In this document: in pieces, positions 27,689-42,098 of the stretch
Layout: the number at the start of each line of letters is the position of its first letter
Position numbering within the stretch: the first letter of the stretch is position 1
DNA from: Chrysomallon squamiferum
Lineage: Eukaryota > Animalia > Mollusca
Length of the DNA: 64,000 nt
Assembly: GCA_012295275.1 (NCBI GenBank)
Contig: CM022665.1
Span: 28,396,001 to 28,460,000, forward strand
Direction: 5' to 3'
Translations under genes and position numbers: made by a program
The notes under the pieces: model-generated
Databases searched by the model: none
What the model saw: the letters and a program-made list of their open reading frames with translations, nothing else
Told to the model about the DNA's origin: nothing

Positions 27689-30180
27689 GAACGTTTAAAT
27701 TTCTACAAGGCTGAGAAAATTCTGGAAACATCTGAAACATTTTATTGTGTTCAGAAAATGAAAAACAAAAATTTTCTTTGTTAAATTACCTTTTATCAAC
27801 AACAAACTAAATATTGCAGACATACAGAGGAAATATTCAAAATACTCTAATAATTTTCAGGAAAAAATATGTATAAAATAAAAATCATTAACAGTCACAA
27901 TGACCAAAAATACACAATAATGTCTAGAATGTAAACCTGATCAAGTAAACCTTTGCGTGACTGTTTAAATCATAATCGAGTTATACAAATACATGTAATC
28001 AAATTTGAATGTGAAAGTGGAACTTAAGAAACATATTCGACTTAAACGCGTTTTATTAGGTAAATATGTAATTTTTGGTTACTTTTTAATACTTTTTTTA
28101 TTACCGTGTGTTTTTATTGCTTTTATTGTTTTTATTGCTTTTTTATTTGTTGTTGGGTTTTTCTCTATTTTTTTTTTTTTTTTTCTTTCTTTGTTTTTCT
28201 GTTGGTTTCTTTTTGTTTTCTGTTTGTTTGCTTGTTTTGGTTTTTTTTTATTAAAATATTGTCTCTCTCTGTCTCTCTCTGTCTGTCTGTCCGTTTTTCA
28301 TTCCCTCTATAACTGTCATGAACATAAGATCGCTTTAATAATTTTAAACCAATCCTAATAAAAGTCTTAAAAGACTGGGTCTTCGTTTGTCATACGATAT
28401 TAACTTCTTTTTTTTTTTTAATTCTACTTTTACCATTGGAACGTTTTAAACATCAGTTATACTTCTACAAGCGGAAATATTAAAATCTGTTTATCAGAAG
28501 AAAACAGTAAACAAGGTTCCTCGTACGAATCAGACTATTACATGTTATTATTACATAAATCGAATTAATGTTTTTAGATTGTATCGAAAATATACTTATT
28601 AGGTAAACCACTGAATCCTATGCAACATTTCCAAGTGTATATATAGCAAACTGAAGCATACCTTTTACTGTGTTGTAAGAAAGGAGAGAAGGTTAGCACT
28701 CCCCTTGACAAGGACGGATGGGACCCTCGTGGTCTTTACAACACATAAGGCCGTGTTCCTCTACTTCGGGAACACACCTATTTTTTTTGTTGTTGTTGTT
28801 TTTTAACTAATTTTATAATCATTGTAATCTGTTTTCCAATGGTGCGCAATAATTCTGGGAATCGCATAATACAAAAAGTAACTCCAACTTAAAAACACGT
28901 TAAAAATATAATAAAAAAGTAAGGCTAAATAATCAGTGATGTCCGTAATAGTTAAGTTTTCATATTTCACAGTGTTGTAAAATGTCATGTTGTATTTATT
29001 AAATTCATATTTTTGTTTCTTTTATGCCATTACCAAATGGTGGGAGAGTAAAAGTTAATTATTTCCAAATAATGATAATGATGATAATGATAATAACAAC
29101 AACAACATTTGTACGCGTCTTCTAGTAAGAGTAAAAAGAATTAACCAGAAGGCGAGTGGCAGTTTTACATACACACACACACACATTTAATTAATAAATC
29201 AGTAATTTAAAAAAATTAAATGAAGAAATAAATAAATAAATAAATAAATAAATAAATACGAAAATCATCTTCGTTCGCTTTACACATCCAATTCGTCATT
29301 ATAACTCTGCTTTGTTTTCTAAATTCCACCCACGAAAGAAAAGCATCACAATACCGTATTGTTTAATTATTGTTAAAAATATCTTATGCATTTTATTCCT
29401 TTTAAATTATTTAATGCATTAGATGATAATTATTACAGTCGAGTTAGAATGCTTACAAAGAATACTCAGCACCATAGCTTTTGAGAAATGCGTTTAAAAA
29501 GTCAGCTGTAATTTTTACAGAAAATTACAAAATCTTCAACAGTTTTACAAGGTTTGAGATAATCAGTCGGCTTGATTACCAGGGTACGGACATACTGAGC
29601 GAAAGATCCTTCACGTTTAGAAGCACTATTGCCTAGCAACAACTTGGCTTTTCGGCATTAATTTTTATTCAAGACTCTCTGATAATTAAGGCCGACTGAA
29701 ATAGGAATTATTTGTGTTAGTAGTCTTCTCGAGTGTTCTGTACTCGAAGTATCTTGGACCTGAGAGCCGTTGAAGATTCCTCTGCGTTAAGTGCACATCA
29801 TATTAGTATAGTAGTACCGTAATAAAATGAATCTTGTCAAAAACGCGAGCGTTTTGTAAAAGTCGACGCTGTGTGCTGTTACGTATTCACTGTATGAATC
29901 AGTAAAATCACGTCTCAGTGATTACTGCTACCATGACTGCTTAAACTATTACTGCTTCAACTACAACTGCTATTACTACTGCTGCTGCTGCTGCTGCTTC
30001 ACTAGTAGTAATACTACTAACTGTTGTTGTCATTGTTTTTATTTTTGCTGTTATTGTTACTATCACTGCCACTATAAGTACTTCTACTGCAGTTGATTTT
30101 GATAAAATTTCAACTGTTATCCAAAATATTTTATTATATCTATCAGTATTATTTATTCATTTATTTATTTATTTCAACCA

Positions 30181-30221
30181 TACGTACCGAAACACTTATC
30201 TGTATTCCAGAAAACCGGCAT

Positions 30222-30319
<98 letters not shown>

Positions 30320-30516
30320 CATTATTATTATTATTTTAAACTGACTGCTTTTTATGTGTGTTGATTTCTATGTTAAATACAGCTTCTTTCTTTATTTTTC
30401 ATTTTTTATTTTATATTTTGACTATTTATTTAGCCTGTATCGAGAAATCCGGCAAATCCAAAAATTCGGACCACCGCCGGTCCCAGACTTTCGTGATAAA
30501 TGGTTCGGTACTTGTA
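30181..30516. mobile_element. pogo/Tigger-like MITE with imperfect TIRs and TA ends, interrupted by (TAT)n
   Basis: The left end TACGTACCGAAACACTTATC matches the reverse complement of the right end, TACAAGTACCGAACCATTTATC. The subterminal AAATCCGG..CCGGTCCC..GATAA resembles Tigger-type ends. Confidence 0.6.
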
Positions 30517-30950
30517 ATTATTATCATCGTCCAAGCAGTTCACTGATAAAATTCATCCTTTCTTATCTTTTTGATTCACCTGAATGTTAACTGTTACTAT
30601 TATTCTGTTTCTAATTCAAGGTGACCATGTAATCGATTTCAATTTAAATAACTCTTTGATCCAAGCCGACAGTATGTTATATGTAGCCTATAAATCATTA
30701 GCTTGCTCGTTCTTTTCGCAGTTGTTCTGTATTTTATGGAAATCTCACACTAGCAAAAAGCTGCAGCTTGTCCAGTAAGGTGAAAACACCTGTTGCATGC
30801 TCTGAAGACTCGTACAATCAGGCCTCTGTGTATTAAAATCAATATATGTTGGTTACTATGGTTACACTTTGTTGTGTATTTGTGTGAGTGCGTGTATATT
30901 TAAGGTGTGTGTATGTATGTGTGTATGTATATATATATATATATATATAT

Positions 30951-31550
<600 letters not shown>

Positions 31551-32253
31551 AAATATACATAAACCCATCAGCATATGGCAAACGTATTCGTATCTTTCAT
31601 CTTCGTTTTTATCGTCTATCGTTTTATTTAATCTCGATTTGTATTCCTCCACAACACGCATGCATGTTTTTTCATAATGTTTCGTACAGTTTACGATCTC
31701 AAGTAAGAATTACCCTTGTGTTATTGTGCTTAGTAAAGACAATTAGCCGACACTTCTCGAGTTTAACATGTTTGTAGATTACATTTTTAAGCCTGTTTTC
31801 TATCTGTGTTTTTAGATATAGCGGATGAAACACGACTGTGTGTATGCAGATGGCAAATCGATTCGAGATGCAGATAAAATTTCCCCTCAGAACATGCTAC
31901 AGCCAGTGATTATTTTGTGGTCATGATAGTCCTAATTTATGATTATGCTGGAGATCTCAGAATACAGTTATTAGAGGCAGTTCCAGGAATTATTGCTGAT
32001 TAAGACGTGAAGAAGCATACGGAAGCCTTTTCGTTTCTTTTTGTGTTTTTTTTTTTTAATTTTATTTAATTTTATTTTTATTTTATTTAAAAAAAAATTA
32101 AATTATTATTTTATTATTTCTATTTTTTATTTATTGTTATTATTATAATTTTTTTATTTTTATTTATTTATTTATTTTGTATTTGAAAATAAAAAGTTTA
32201 AACATCGATTCGGTCAACAAAGTGGAAATGTTTATTTCTTGTTATCATTATAG

Positions 32254-32296
<43 letters not shown>

Positions 32297-32341
32297 TACG
32301 TATCATACATACATATACATAAAATCATAGAGAAATACACA

Positions 32342-32394
<53 letters not shown>

Positions 32395-33651
32395 TAAAAA
32401 TAGTAAATATTTAAACCAAGATCCTTCAACCGAAGTAGTTTGCTAAAGAATAATCTCTATAATACAGTTTTCCAAATCGACTATAACCTTAAAATTTGCA
32501 TTTCTGAATTTCCTTATATTGTTCATAAAGGATTCAAGTAAGCTTGCTATCGGATTTTTTTTTATAATAAAATATTCATTGTTAAGAAAAACAAATTGAC
32601 TGAAAACTGGAAAGCCGATCTGCCATAATTCTTTATCAAAGAATCTAATGCTACACTTACCTACAAATCAAACAAGAACTTCGTTGTAGTAAACTGACCT
32701 GTAATGACTAGGTAAAAAAAAAAAAAAAAAACCCACAGTTTTCTTTATTGTTATATTCGTGTATACAAACTGCCGTTTTCGTTACGCATGTTTATTTTAG
32801 ATAGAAGTCTGTATAATGTACAGTTTATACCAGAAAAGGAAACGTAGCATATTATCATGGCTGTTTACAAACAGCACTACGGTAAAAAAAAAAAAAAAAT
32901 TATTATTCTTCTTTTATTTATTTATTTATTTATTTATTTAGTTAGTTAGTTGTTGTTGTTGTCGTTGTTGTTGTAGTTGCTGCTGTTGTTGTTGTTCTTC
33001 TTATTATTATTATTATATTTGTATTTATTTATTTATTTTTAATTTAGTTTCTGTTATTAGTAATTTTTTAATTATTTATTATTTTCTTGCTTTTCTTATG
33101 AGACATAAACGTAATGATCAAATAATCATTTAGTGAATAATAAAGATTTCTTATAACTTCACCTTTTAAATAGAATAAGAATATATTTATTTATTAGTAT
33201 TTGTATTTTAAGAGACAGACAGTCCGTACCGACACAAACATAAAATCATACACTCTATCAAAAGGACCAACCAGGATAAAATATAATTAGGTCACCAGGT
33301 TATAGGTCAAACGAAATAACTATCTTGGTCTTATTGCATCATACTAGTTCGGCTGAGAAGAAAACAAAACCAGAATACAGTTCATTCCTAACAATTACGT
33401 AATATCTAGATTCCAATACGTAACAATTTAGCCGGTGATTACATAAATATAATAGAATTTAGACATTAATAAAGCTCGGCTTAAAAGTCTAACCAGGTGA
33501 ATAACAAGTAAAATAATTAAAATAGCCAAACACATGACTGTATGAATAAACATTTAAACGGGGAGCTATCTGGGAAAAAAAACATTCTGGTTAAACGTCT
33601 AAATAGGTGAGTAAACAAATAAAACGTAATTAGAACATCCAAAGTAGGCAG

Positions 33652-33767
<116 letters not shown>

Positions 33768-34177
33768 TAATTACAACAACAACAACAAAACAAAAATAAA
33801 TAAATAAACAGGTGACCACACAAAATGCAATTAACACACTATAGTTAGTACTAAAACAAAATGAAATATAAATATCTGATAAAACATACAAATAAAACAC
33901 CAAACTAAACATCTAAGCACCAACACAAAACTTAACAACTCTTGTCGCTTGACTACTCAATAAACAAACACTAGGCTAACATTTGCTTTTCGGTAAGCTG
34001 TAATAAACACTACACACAATAACACAACACACAGCGTTATCTCTAAGAGTCTTTTGTACGTCATATGGCCAAACGACATTCACGAAGCAACAGCTAATTA
34101 GTATCACTGACATGATAACAAGTAGTAAATCAATAAACAGCAAGAGGTTGTATTTCCCTTTTCTTTTAATTTTTTTT

Positions 34178-34239
<62 letters not shown>

Positions 34240-34439
34240 AATAATTTTAAAATATTTCATTCAGTAATCGACTGAAGTGACAAGCTCGTCAATGCATAAT
34301 AATGATCGTATCTCAGTACAGTACAACGAGATCAATACGTGAAACTTCTTCAAGAAGCTTTAAACATCTTATCCTTTTTTTTTTTTTTCTCTCTCTCTCT
34401 CCTTTTTTTTTTTTTCTTCATCTAATTCTATAAAAAGCT

Positions 34440-34700
34440 TTCGTTTCGTAAATCCGCTCAGTGACTGCCTGTAACGACTGCAAGTCTACCTTTGCGTTCC
34501 GCGCGATTTTGCGGAACCGCGCGAAAAAGTCGCTAATACGTCTGCTTCGAGTGAAAAAGCCTTGAACGCGTTGTAATAGTAATAGCCACGGTGGCGTGGC
34601 TTTTTGGATGGCAAGTCAATCGCACGGCGATGAAAGAGGCTGGAGAGAAGATACTGTGGACAATGTAAGAGCTAAGTAAACCGCCAGTGTGTTTTAGATT
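34440..34700 (+). promoter_or_regulatory. CpG-rich putative promoter of the ankyrin/PP1-regulator gene
   Basis: Local CpG/GC peak 350-600 bp upstream of the ATG, containing an E2F-like CGCGCGAAAA (~34518-34527) and two short inverted repeats. Confidence 0.45.
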
Positions 34701-35036
34701 TGGCTAGCTGAGTGATTTACTGTTACCAAAACAGCTATTTCGCCCATTCTAGTTCATTAAGCAGGATTACTATACCGGATAAATTAGCGTAATAAACTGG
34801 CATTCAGTCAACACGTTCGCGTAATACAGGTGATCATAGACTTATCGGTGATGTATTTTTAATTCCGTTATGGTTTTTTTCCCCGTTCAGAAATAGATGG
34901 TAACCAAACTAGTCTGCTGATACGAACAAACTACGTAGCAGTTACACAGAGATAAGCCTTCGCCAGTGTAAAATTGTAGTGGGGGAAGTGGGAGCGTGGA
35001 TCAGGAGAATAATAGCTTTCTCTCATATCCAGTTTC

Positions 35037-35597
35037 ATGACCAGTGAAAAAAGAAAGATATCCTTTCCGGCCTATTCCGTGCTAGCCGCCGTTGTACAAG
35101 ATGGGGACATCCGGGAACTTTTAAAAATACTCTACAACAAGGAGGATCAAGTTAACATCGATCAAAAAAATCACGTCGGCCTCACAGCTCTTCACCATGG
35201 CGTGCTCAGCAACAACCTCGACGCCGTCAAGATCCTCCTTACCCACGGCGCGGAAGTGAATGTTCCAGACGTCCACGGTTTGACGTCGTTGCATACAGCT
35301 GCAGCATGTGGATTTTTACAAATAGTAAGTCTTCTGTTGTTATTTGGAGGCGATGTGTTCTGCATGACACGAGAGATGGAACTGCCCATCGATCTGGCAA
35401 AAGATGTCAACGTCGTGCGACTGCTGTCGCAAGAAATGACCAGAAGAATCCATTCGGAGATCTATGTTTCGTCCTACCTTCTCAGGAAAGTGTTCGAGTT
35501 GTGGATTATGTTTAAGAGGTTGTTAACATGGATATTTATTACTGTCAGTAGAAAAATAACACAGGTATACACATCCAGTAAACTAAAACGAGAGTGA
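35037..35597 (+). CDS. PPP1R27: Ankyrin-repeat protein phosphatase 1 regulatory subunit, PPP1R27-like, 186 aa, intronless CDS
   Basis: An N-terminal RKISF (RVxF motif) is followed by AVVQDGD, then ankyrin repeats GLTALHHGVLSNNLDAVKILLTHGAEVN / DVHGLTSLHTAAACGFLQIVSLLLLFGGD / ELPIDLA. This is the architecture and size of PPP1R27 (VRF...QGD...GLAALHEAVLSGNLECVKLL...GWTPLH...DLPSDL). The CDS is certain; exact orthology within the PPP1R12/16/27 family is not. Confidence 0.85.
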   Translation: MTSEKRKISFPAYSVLAAVVQDGDIRELLKILYNKEDQVNIDQKNHVGLTALHHGVLSNNLDAVKILLTHGAEVNVPDVHGLTSLHTAAACGFLQIVSLLLLFGGDVFCMTREMELPIDLAKDVNVVRLLSQEMTRRIHSEIYVSSYLLRKVFELWIMFKRLLTWIFITVSRKITQVYTSSKLKRE

Positions 35598-36354
35598 ATT
35601 ACCATTGTGATATATATAATTATTATTATATTATATATTTTTTATCAATATTTTTTTAAATGTTCATTTGTACTTTTTTCTTTTCTATTTTTTTTTTCTT
35701 TTGTTTTAAAAAGAAAAAAAAAAATGTATTTTTGCTTTTACCGATGTATTAAATAACACACTCATATCCGTGTATGTGCTTCGCTGTAAAAGACGCACAA
35801 CGTATTTATGCGAGCATAAATATTTCTGAATTAAAACTCGCCTTCTTGGAGACTAGACAAATTTGTTTAGTAATATTATTTCCTGCATAAGAAAATAAAT
35901 CCTATATTTGGATTCAGGCTTTCTTTCTACCTTTTAACTAAAATTCATTATGTAGTTCTAGTATATCACGTTATTTAATACATCTAGCTAATAATTGTAA
36001 TTTCGTATGAAACATCATGTTTATACTGAGTTTATACTGAAAAAAAAAATAAAAGCTAAGACTTGAATGTGAACCTGCGGCCAAGTTTAATGTAAGGGAA
36101 ACGTTTTGTGTGAAACGGGTCAACTGATATATTGATAACAACTATATAAGTAGAAAGCAAACCGTTCTGCCAGCATGACTTCTCGGTCAGATTGTAAACT
36201 GATATTTTACTTATTTATATACATGATTATATATTGTACATACATGCAGACACATACATACATACTTGTACATACATACATACCTACAGATATATAATAT
36301 ACAAACACACATAAACATACACATTCATACATACATACATACATACATACATAC

Positions 36355-36385
<31 letters not shown>

Positions 36386-37494
36386 CATACATACATACAT
36401 ACATACATACACAACACACACATAGACATGCACGTTCAGAAGGGCTTTCGAATGTATACGGACGCCTATACAAAAACCGTAGAGAAAGGAACTGTAAAGA
36501 AAACGAAGGCGTTACATGTAGACATCTTGTTGACTCTGTATCAGTGTCATCTTGATTCAGCATCTTCATCCACCGACAGGAAGATCAAAATATTTTTTTT
36601 AAAGTAAAAAGAAAACAGAAAGAATGCGAGCCGCGTAAAAGAGCTGTATTTTCATTTCTATTTTCGTAAACTCTTCCTGTTTGTTTAAATGTAAACTGAA
36701 GGTTATGGGTTTCACTTCAAAGCTTTTGAAAGACTTTATTGTTTGCCCCTTGAGTGCTTCAAGAATAATATTCATCAGGCTTTGTCATCTTTTATGCGTT
36801 TTAACAGCAGTTTCATTTGAAAACCTTTCCTAAAATAGCCGTGTAGGGTCGGAGGAGGCAGGGGCTGCTGTCCAGGTATGTCGTAGTAATTATTTCCCAG
36901 TCACGTAATAAACTGAAGAAACATGTCTTTCTTTTCACTGCGTTCAACATATCTGAAACAAAATCAAAACTAAATTTAAAAAATAAATAAATAAAATGTA
37001 ATATCAAAATATATGTTTTGATATTAACTGTGAGTTATTGTTACCTTAAGAGTTTCTTAATAATAAATTTCTCTGATATAGTCGATAGTTATCGTTCCCT
37101 TGTAAACAAGAAAATGTTAATAATAATTTTATTATTAGTACCAGAGTTTTATATTAGTTTGTGCGGCCTGGAATTAAGGTTTATGTACGATGCCCTGGAG
37201 ATGACCCAGAGTGTTAACATTTCTCAGTAAACAGTCATTCTTTTTCACAACTATTCACAGAGATTTTGATTTATTCAAAAATTATATTCAATGCTCTACA
37301 CAGAGGTCAATTAATTATACATATATCATTTATACCTTCTTTCAAATTATACTTCAATTATGTTCCGAATACTTATTCTCCACGATTAATCTTTTGATTT
37401 GGTTTTGAAGCAAATAAAACACCGTTTTGGCATAAAACATACATGGACTGCTTCGCTTGATACAGATGGTTAACATTCCCGGTCATTAACCCGT

Positions 37495-37630
37495 CCTCGG
37501 TTATTTTCCAATCCAGCAACAGCTTCGCCACTGGTAACTGAAACTAGCTAAACGTTCACTTGGCTTCCTTCTGTTCAGGTAACGTCAAGAACGGACACCT
37601 GCAGTTTTAGACGCAAGCAGCAGATTTCAT
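37495..37630 (-). mobile_element. SINE-like repeat fragment, reverse orientation
   Basis: GGTTATTTTCCAATCCAGC...CACTGG is roughly the reverse complement of the CTGG..GGAAC.GAAA.TAG segment seen at 1852-1875 and 7833-7860. Confidence 0.35.
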
Positions 37631-38895
37631 AGTTTTACATGGTAAACACTTTCTTGCAGTGGACGTTGAATCACTAAATTAACTTTAAAATCAATTCGAA
37701 TGTTAGATCCTATAACTCAACGACCCCAAGATAGGAATTTCAGTTGTTGTTGTTGTTGTTGTTGTTGTTATTATTATTATTATTATTATTATTGTTGTTG
37801 TTATTGTTGTTATTATTATTATCATCGCCGTCATTATCATCATGATCTTTTGGTACCTAGTTATTTCTTTGTTGTTTGGGTTTTTTATTGGTTGGCTTTT
37901 TTTGTGCGTATGTGTTTTTAATTATTATTATTTTATTTTATTTTATTTTTTCATTTGTTGGTTTTTTTGTTTTTTTTTGTTTTTTTGCTTTGTTTATTTT
38001 TTAATCGAAGAAATATTTTTTTTTAAATAAAAAAAAATCTTTACGTATGTGTAACATACAGTCTGATAATTGATTCATGTTTGAAATTTTTATTTTTAAC
38101 ATTGTCACAGTTTTTAACCTAGCAGTGTAAAAATACATATGTATCATTTTAATACTATACGCGAAAATGAATAAAGATTACAAATATCTTTTAATTTCAC
38201 GTTCATATAATCAAATTACTTCCAGCTTCTATTTTTCTTCTTCTTCTTAAATAGAAACGACAATATTTTCCTTACAGGAAATCCTATGTACAAATCTGGC
38301 TTATCATACAAAAAATCTTTTAAAAGTATTTTGTGAATTATTGCATCATGTGGCTCAGAAGTGTTTTGAAATTAAAACGTAATAGCTGTGGTGTTAACAA
38401 AATTTTCTCTTTTTTTTTTTTTCTCTTTCTTTTCCTTTGGCCATTTAAATTATACATATTAAAAAATAAATAAATAAATAAATAAATAAGCCCGTATTAA
38501 AATATTCAGTTCTTAGAAACTGCTCCACCAGTGATAACATCAAACTGTTACCCGAGATCTAGAAACTATCACAACGGCCCGTTAAATGTTACTTTCTCAG
38601 AATTTGCAATCGTCTGCTCAGCGAGACTTCCGAGTTTATCAGTTAACGATTATTTGATTATAGAAACTTGGAATGGTGGGATCAGTTTATGAAAAGTTAA
38701 TGCTTTCTGATTCCACTTTTCAGTTTCAATGTTTGTCTTGTTTCACGATTCTTTGCGTCTGCTTTCATAAAAGAAGCTTCTTTAGTTTACTTAATCGATA
38801 TCATTTATTACTTTTTTTTGTTCATTGTCGTACAGAATGCTTAAAATAGATAGCCTACTTAAATCGTTTCTTTTTCAGAAACAGGAGGAACAGCA

Positions 38896-38958
<63 letters not shown>

Positions 38959-40914
38959 TGCACACACACACACACATACACACACACAGCCAGACACACA
39001 CACACACACACATACATATCAGTTGACATTTACTCTGGGAAGAGAGAGAGACTGAGCTGTGCTTGCTGTTTTGTGACATTTATTGTGTTTATTTAAAAGA
39101 AAGTGTGTCATTTTATTACGTGCTTATTTTTTATTAAAATGTATTATGACATTTTTAGCTGTTCACTTTGTTTTATGTAGTAATATCTCTTTGTGTTGTA
39201 TATATTTATTTATTTATTTATTTATTATATACATCCTTCTGTAACTGGTTTCGTTTATCAATATATTCAAACTACACTTTTAAAGAAATTGTACAGATTG
39301 TAAAGAAAATCATGTGAGGTAAATGCATGCCTTATGTGGGCACAATAACCAGTTATCTACACGTCGCCAGACATAGAGATATTATATCACGAAGATTTAA
39401 CCATAAAATCAGCTCATTTCTCACCAGCCTACTCAACTATCATTACTCCAGTTTTCAAAACAACTCGCGTCCATGACAGAAGTGCTTGAACACACGGAAA
39501 AAAAAGAAGCTAACATCCATTTCAAGCAGCGTCTTGAAACACATGTTCATATCGTGTAACAGAAACTTAATTAATATGAGCACAAGAAAAAGTTCATCTG
39601 AAGTGAAGTGACTACTAAGACTTCGCGCTAGAGTTGTTTTATCTTCCACTGCGTGTCAAGAAGACAGCCTAGAAGAACACAACTTGTAAGGATAAAACTG
39701 TTATGTAGTGAGATGATGATATTCATTGTTTCATATGTACGTAAATACACAGAGACACACACAACACATATACACACATATAAACACACACATATATAAA
39801 TACATGCATACGTACTTGCATACACATATACATACATACACACATACATAAATGTATACATATATAAATGCATACATTTATAAATACCTTAAGTACATAA
39901 TACACAGGTACGTAAAAAATAAAACGTGTCATTCGACAACTCATATATAAATAAATCTGAAGAAAATTAGATTCGACGGCAGCCATCAGATTTCTATAAA
40001 ACATTCATCTTGTATATAATTAAAGCTGGTTTTTTACTCGCATAGATAATTAAAAAATATTTTAATAATCGATTATGACTTTTGATCGATAATCGTTCTT
40101 CACAGGAGAGACAAACTGATCGATAAGACCCTCCAGCTATTGTTACCGTGGTGATGAGAATGTAGCTTATTTATCTAATAAATATTTAAGGCGCGAAAGA
40201 GGGAGGTAGACACATACACTGAGCTTATAATCAATATTTACATGGATTGTAATTTCAGTGCATTGTGTTGAATTACTAGAAACATTTCCATATATTTACC
40301 TATGGTTATAATTATCATCATCATTACTATTGCAGTTTCTGCTCCAATTGTTAATGTTGTTGTTGTTGGTGATGGTTGTGGTATTACCGATGCTCTGTTT
40401 TGCGTGGTTGTCGGCTTGTTTATTTTACTAAACAAACATGTTATTACATTTCCAATTAATGTTTATTTTTATAGGGGCAAAAAATGTTTGCTAATAATAA
40501 AGTATAAAAATTAAAATACTTCTATGACAAAATAAAGAAATTTGTTCTAATCGTCCTATTTCTTCAATGTTGATGTTGATGTTTGGTGACTGCAGGATAA
40601 ACAAATATAAAATAAATTATTATCTGTCACAAAAAGCTTCTAAACATTTTGGTACTGAGAGTTACGTTTATCTAAAATTTTAATTAAAACATTTTGACAT
40701 CACACTTACGAAGTAGAGGCAAGGTTTCTTTTATATTACAGAAAAGTACATATCATGGAGATAACAGTATGAACAAACTAATCTTATCCACTTGATCTAA
40801 TTTCACACCTAAACTTTTCCCATTTGATCTAAAGAAAAGGATTAGGTTTTTGCCCACTTGATTTAGTATTCGATGCTCACTAGACCTTGTGGATGTTCCC
40901 AAGTTGTGTTAGTG

Positions 40915-41230
40915 GACACTTACAGACGGGGGTGATCAATTTCTGCAAGATACCAAAGCAGAAGGAGCCTTAGATTTTCCAGTTCGACTTTGAGAAAGCT
41001 GTCGCCAGTTCTGCAACGAAAGTGTTCGAGAGGGTTCAGATGCTTTTTCCAAAACATCCAAGCTGTATGGAGGAAGATTAAACATGCTGGTCGGACTCTC
41101 CAGTACAAAGAAAACATGGCGTTCCATAGATTTGTAGCTTGAGCCAAGATACTCCCACTCGTGCTACTAGACCAAGTTGAGGTTACGTGGCTGGATGCCA
41201 TTACATTTTCCCACATAACTCATTACGTAA
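40915..41230 (+). pseudogene. MULE (Mutator-like) transposase fragment, frameshifted and with stops
   Basis: Plus-strand translation gives DTYRR...IFQFDFEKAVASSATKVF (DFE at 40986). After a frameshift it continues CFFQNIQAVWRKIKHAG...QYKENMAFHRFVA*AKILPLV..DQVEVTW (41041 onward, TGA at 41140). This matches the animal MULE signature DFE.A..A...VFP......CFFH..QAVWRK.Q..GL...Y......F......LP.....V...W. Confidence 0.85.
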
Positions 41231-42067
41231 TCCCCTACGAGATTGCAAATGAACTCTCCCAATTACCTATATAGTCTAACAGCCTATTACATAATTACCA
41301 CTTGATCTAATAATCTAACTGCATCTGTTGTGAAGTTTTGTTACACTGGATACAAACGGAAGGTCCAAAAGAAATACCAAGACAACTGAACATACTGAAA
41401 CAATACGATTACGCTGAAGCTTCACTGTATCCATAAATATTTCAAAAACATTTTTTAATCTCGTTGAATCCTTTACTATATTTGTTTTGCCACTACAACA
41501 TGATAACCTTTGCTGTTTTACTTTCTTATTGTTAAAGGAAAGGTTAGCATAATCTAAATGAGCTGTCTGATCCCTTTAATAATTCCTTATTTTTTGTTTA
41601 CCGTCGCGACCGTTCCCGAAGAACAACTTGTTCAAGTAAAATAATTAGAAAGTTAATTACAAGCCAAGATTATCAAGTAACTTATCAAAGAAAATCTCTT
41701 CAAATGGACGCCTATTTTTAATTAATTATAATTGTAATGTGTGTTCTGTTCGCGAGTTTTTCATTATTTCTTTATCGCTCTATTTGGTTTCTTAGGACTG
41801 GGCGGATATGAATGTTATTGCAGTGTATTCTTAACGTTTGTTAATTCAAAACAGCTGTCACCAATAACCACAATGAGATGAAGACTCGAACTTACATGTA
41901 CTGTTGTTATGTACTGACGTCAGTTTTAATGCTAAAAAAATAGCCTGCAAAAGTTATGCCGATGTATTTACAAAACGATCGTTCCTCCAGTTTCCTCAAT
42001 ACCGAAAAAAAAATATATATATATAATAAGTAAATAAATAAGTATATAAATATAATAAATATAATGA

Positions 42068-42098
<31 letters not shown>

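Noticed and set aside
40920-41216. Minus-strand ORFs of 98 and 63 aa
   Set aside because: They are antisense shadows of the + strand MULE transposase relic.
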